A stretch of DNA of 24,000 nucleotides from an uncultured bacterium. GTDB taxonomy: Bacteria; Omnitrophota; Gorgyraeia; Duberdicusellales; CBEUCJ01. The stretch is taken from assembly GCA_965541615.1 (NCBI GenBank), contig CBEUCJ010000003.1, positions 107,830 through 131,829 of the forward strand, in the 5' to 3' direction. This document shows positions 23,470 through 24,000 of the stretch, piece after piece. The notes beneath the pieces were generated by a model, which ran no database searches, was not told where the DNA came from, and worked only from the letters and a program-made list of their open reading frames with translations. The position numbers were made by a program, and so were the translations under genes. Each line of letters begins with the position of its first letter. Within the stretch, counting starts at the first letter, position 1.

Positions 23470-24000
23470 TCTAAAAAAGAAGTGTTTAAATACCCTGTTA
23501 TTAAAAAATCCTCACCTACTCTTTTAAATCTCACATATTTTAAGACTTTAGCATTCTTTATCCTTTGAATATCTTTTCCTTCAAAGCTTAAAAGACCTCT
23601 GCCTCCAAAAATCTTAGGAGCAATGTAAATCAACAATTTATCTGCCAGACCTTCTTCTAAAAATGATGTAAATATTTTTGAGCCTCCTTCAACCATTATA
23701 GAAATAATCCCTCTTTCTGCTAAGATTTTGAGGATTTGATTTAAATTTAGCTTACCTTCTTTTTCTTTAACTAAAATTATTTCACATTTATTTTTCAGAA
23801 GTCTAAACTTATCTTTATCATAATTTTTTTTAGAACAAAATATTAAAACTTTTCCTTTTTTAAAAATATTAGCATTCAGAGGAATTCTTAAATAAGAATC
23901 TAGAACTATCTTAATAGGAGAGTATTTACCTTTGGCTTCAAGATAAGGATTATCTTTTAAAATTGTGTTTATTCCTACTAATATAGCTTGGAAATTAGCT
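23466..24000 (-). CDS. ribD: Riboflavin biosynthesis protein RibD, C-terminal 5-amino-6-(5-phosphoribosylamino)uracil reductase domain; the 5' end lies outside the window
   Basis: The ORF track starts at an internal Met (23696), but the frame stays open to nt 24000. My translation: ANFQAILVGINTILKDNPYLEAKG...PIKIVLDSYLRIP...IMVEGGSKIFTSFLEEGLADKLLIYIAPKIFGG, which is typical of the RibD_C domain. Confidence 0.85.
   Translation of the reverse strand, partial: ANFQAILVGINTILKDNPYLEAKGKYSPIKIVLDSYLRIPLNANIFKKGKVLIFCSKKNYDKDKFRLLKNKCEIILVKEKEGKLNLNQILKILAERGIISIMVEGGSKIFTSFLEEGLADKLLIYIAPKIFGGRGLLSFEGKDIQRIKNAKVLKYVRFKRVGEDFLITGYLNTSFLE

Noticed and set aside
23694-23696. ATG at 23696 as the start of a 76-aa protein
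   Set aside because: The frame remains open upstream to the window edge and encodes contiguous RibD reductase-domain sequence. The Met is internal (the IMVEGG motif).
1-24000. Search for CRISPR arrays, tRNA/rRNA genes, IS elements, integrases, toxin-antitoxin pairs or defence islands
   Set aside because: No spaced direct repeats, cloverleaf-capable GC-rich segments, transposase- or integrase-like ORFs, or inverted terminal repeats were seen. Non-coding DNA totals only a few hundred bp. The lone PIN-like gene has no adjacent antitoxin-sized ORF and fits the HARP family better than VapC.

Overview
This window is visibly AT-rich and extremely gene-dense. I call 26 protein-coding genes with almost no intergenic DNA. 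Adjacent genes often overlap by 1-34 nt. Operon-leading genes carry strong GGAGG Shine-Dalgarno (SD) sites, and the proteins are rich in Lys, Glu and Ile. This fits a small-genome thermophilic bacterium with many archaeal-type enzymes, but taxonomy cannot be assigned from the sequence alone.

Layout:
- Left part (1-10224, minus strand): one purine operon, nfu - purB - (purS)2::purL - purQ - purF - purM - purD - purE - tsaC::LMW-phosphatase.
- 10323-10892 (plus strand): a PIN-like gene that looks like a HARP, the Aq_880-type protein-only RNase P.
- 18122 down to 10889 (minus strand): a long operon. It encodes a 51-aa ORF, an IMPase/FBPase, a membrane polyferredoxin, an AmmeMemoRadiSam-type radical SAM enzyme, a 743-aa membrane-embedded spermidine-synthase-like protein, and two CNNM/CorC-type DUF21-CBS proteins.
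- 18256-20750 (plus strand): the polyamine operon speH-pdaD-speE-speB. It diverges from the long operon at back-to-back near-consensus sigma70-type promoters whose -35 boxes overlap.
- Right end (minus strand): ribD (reductase domain) - nitroreductase - Fe-ADH - cupin - mazG.

I saw no rRNA, tRNA, CRISPR array, transposase or convincing intrinsic terminator.

The best candidate for an undescribed system is the translationally coupled polyferredoxin / radical SAM / membrane aminopropyltransferase-like cassette (13051-17053), together with its linkage to polyamine and Mg2+ genes. Other notable items are the HARP candidate, the (PurS)2-PurL fusion, the TsaC-phosphatase fusion and an atypical PurE. 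All family assignments come from motif recognition by eye; no searches were run.
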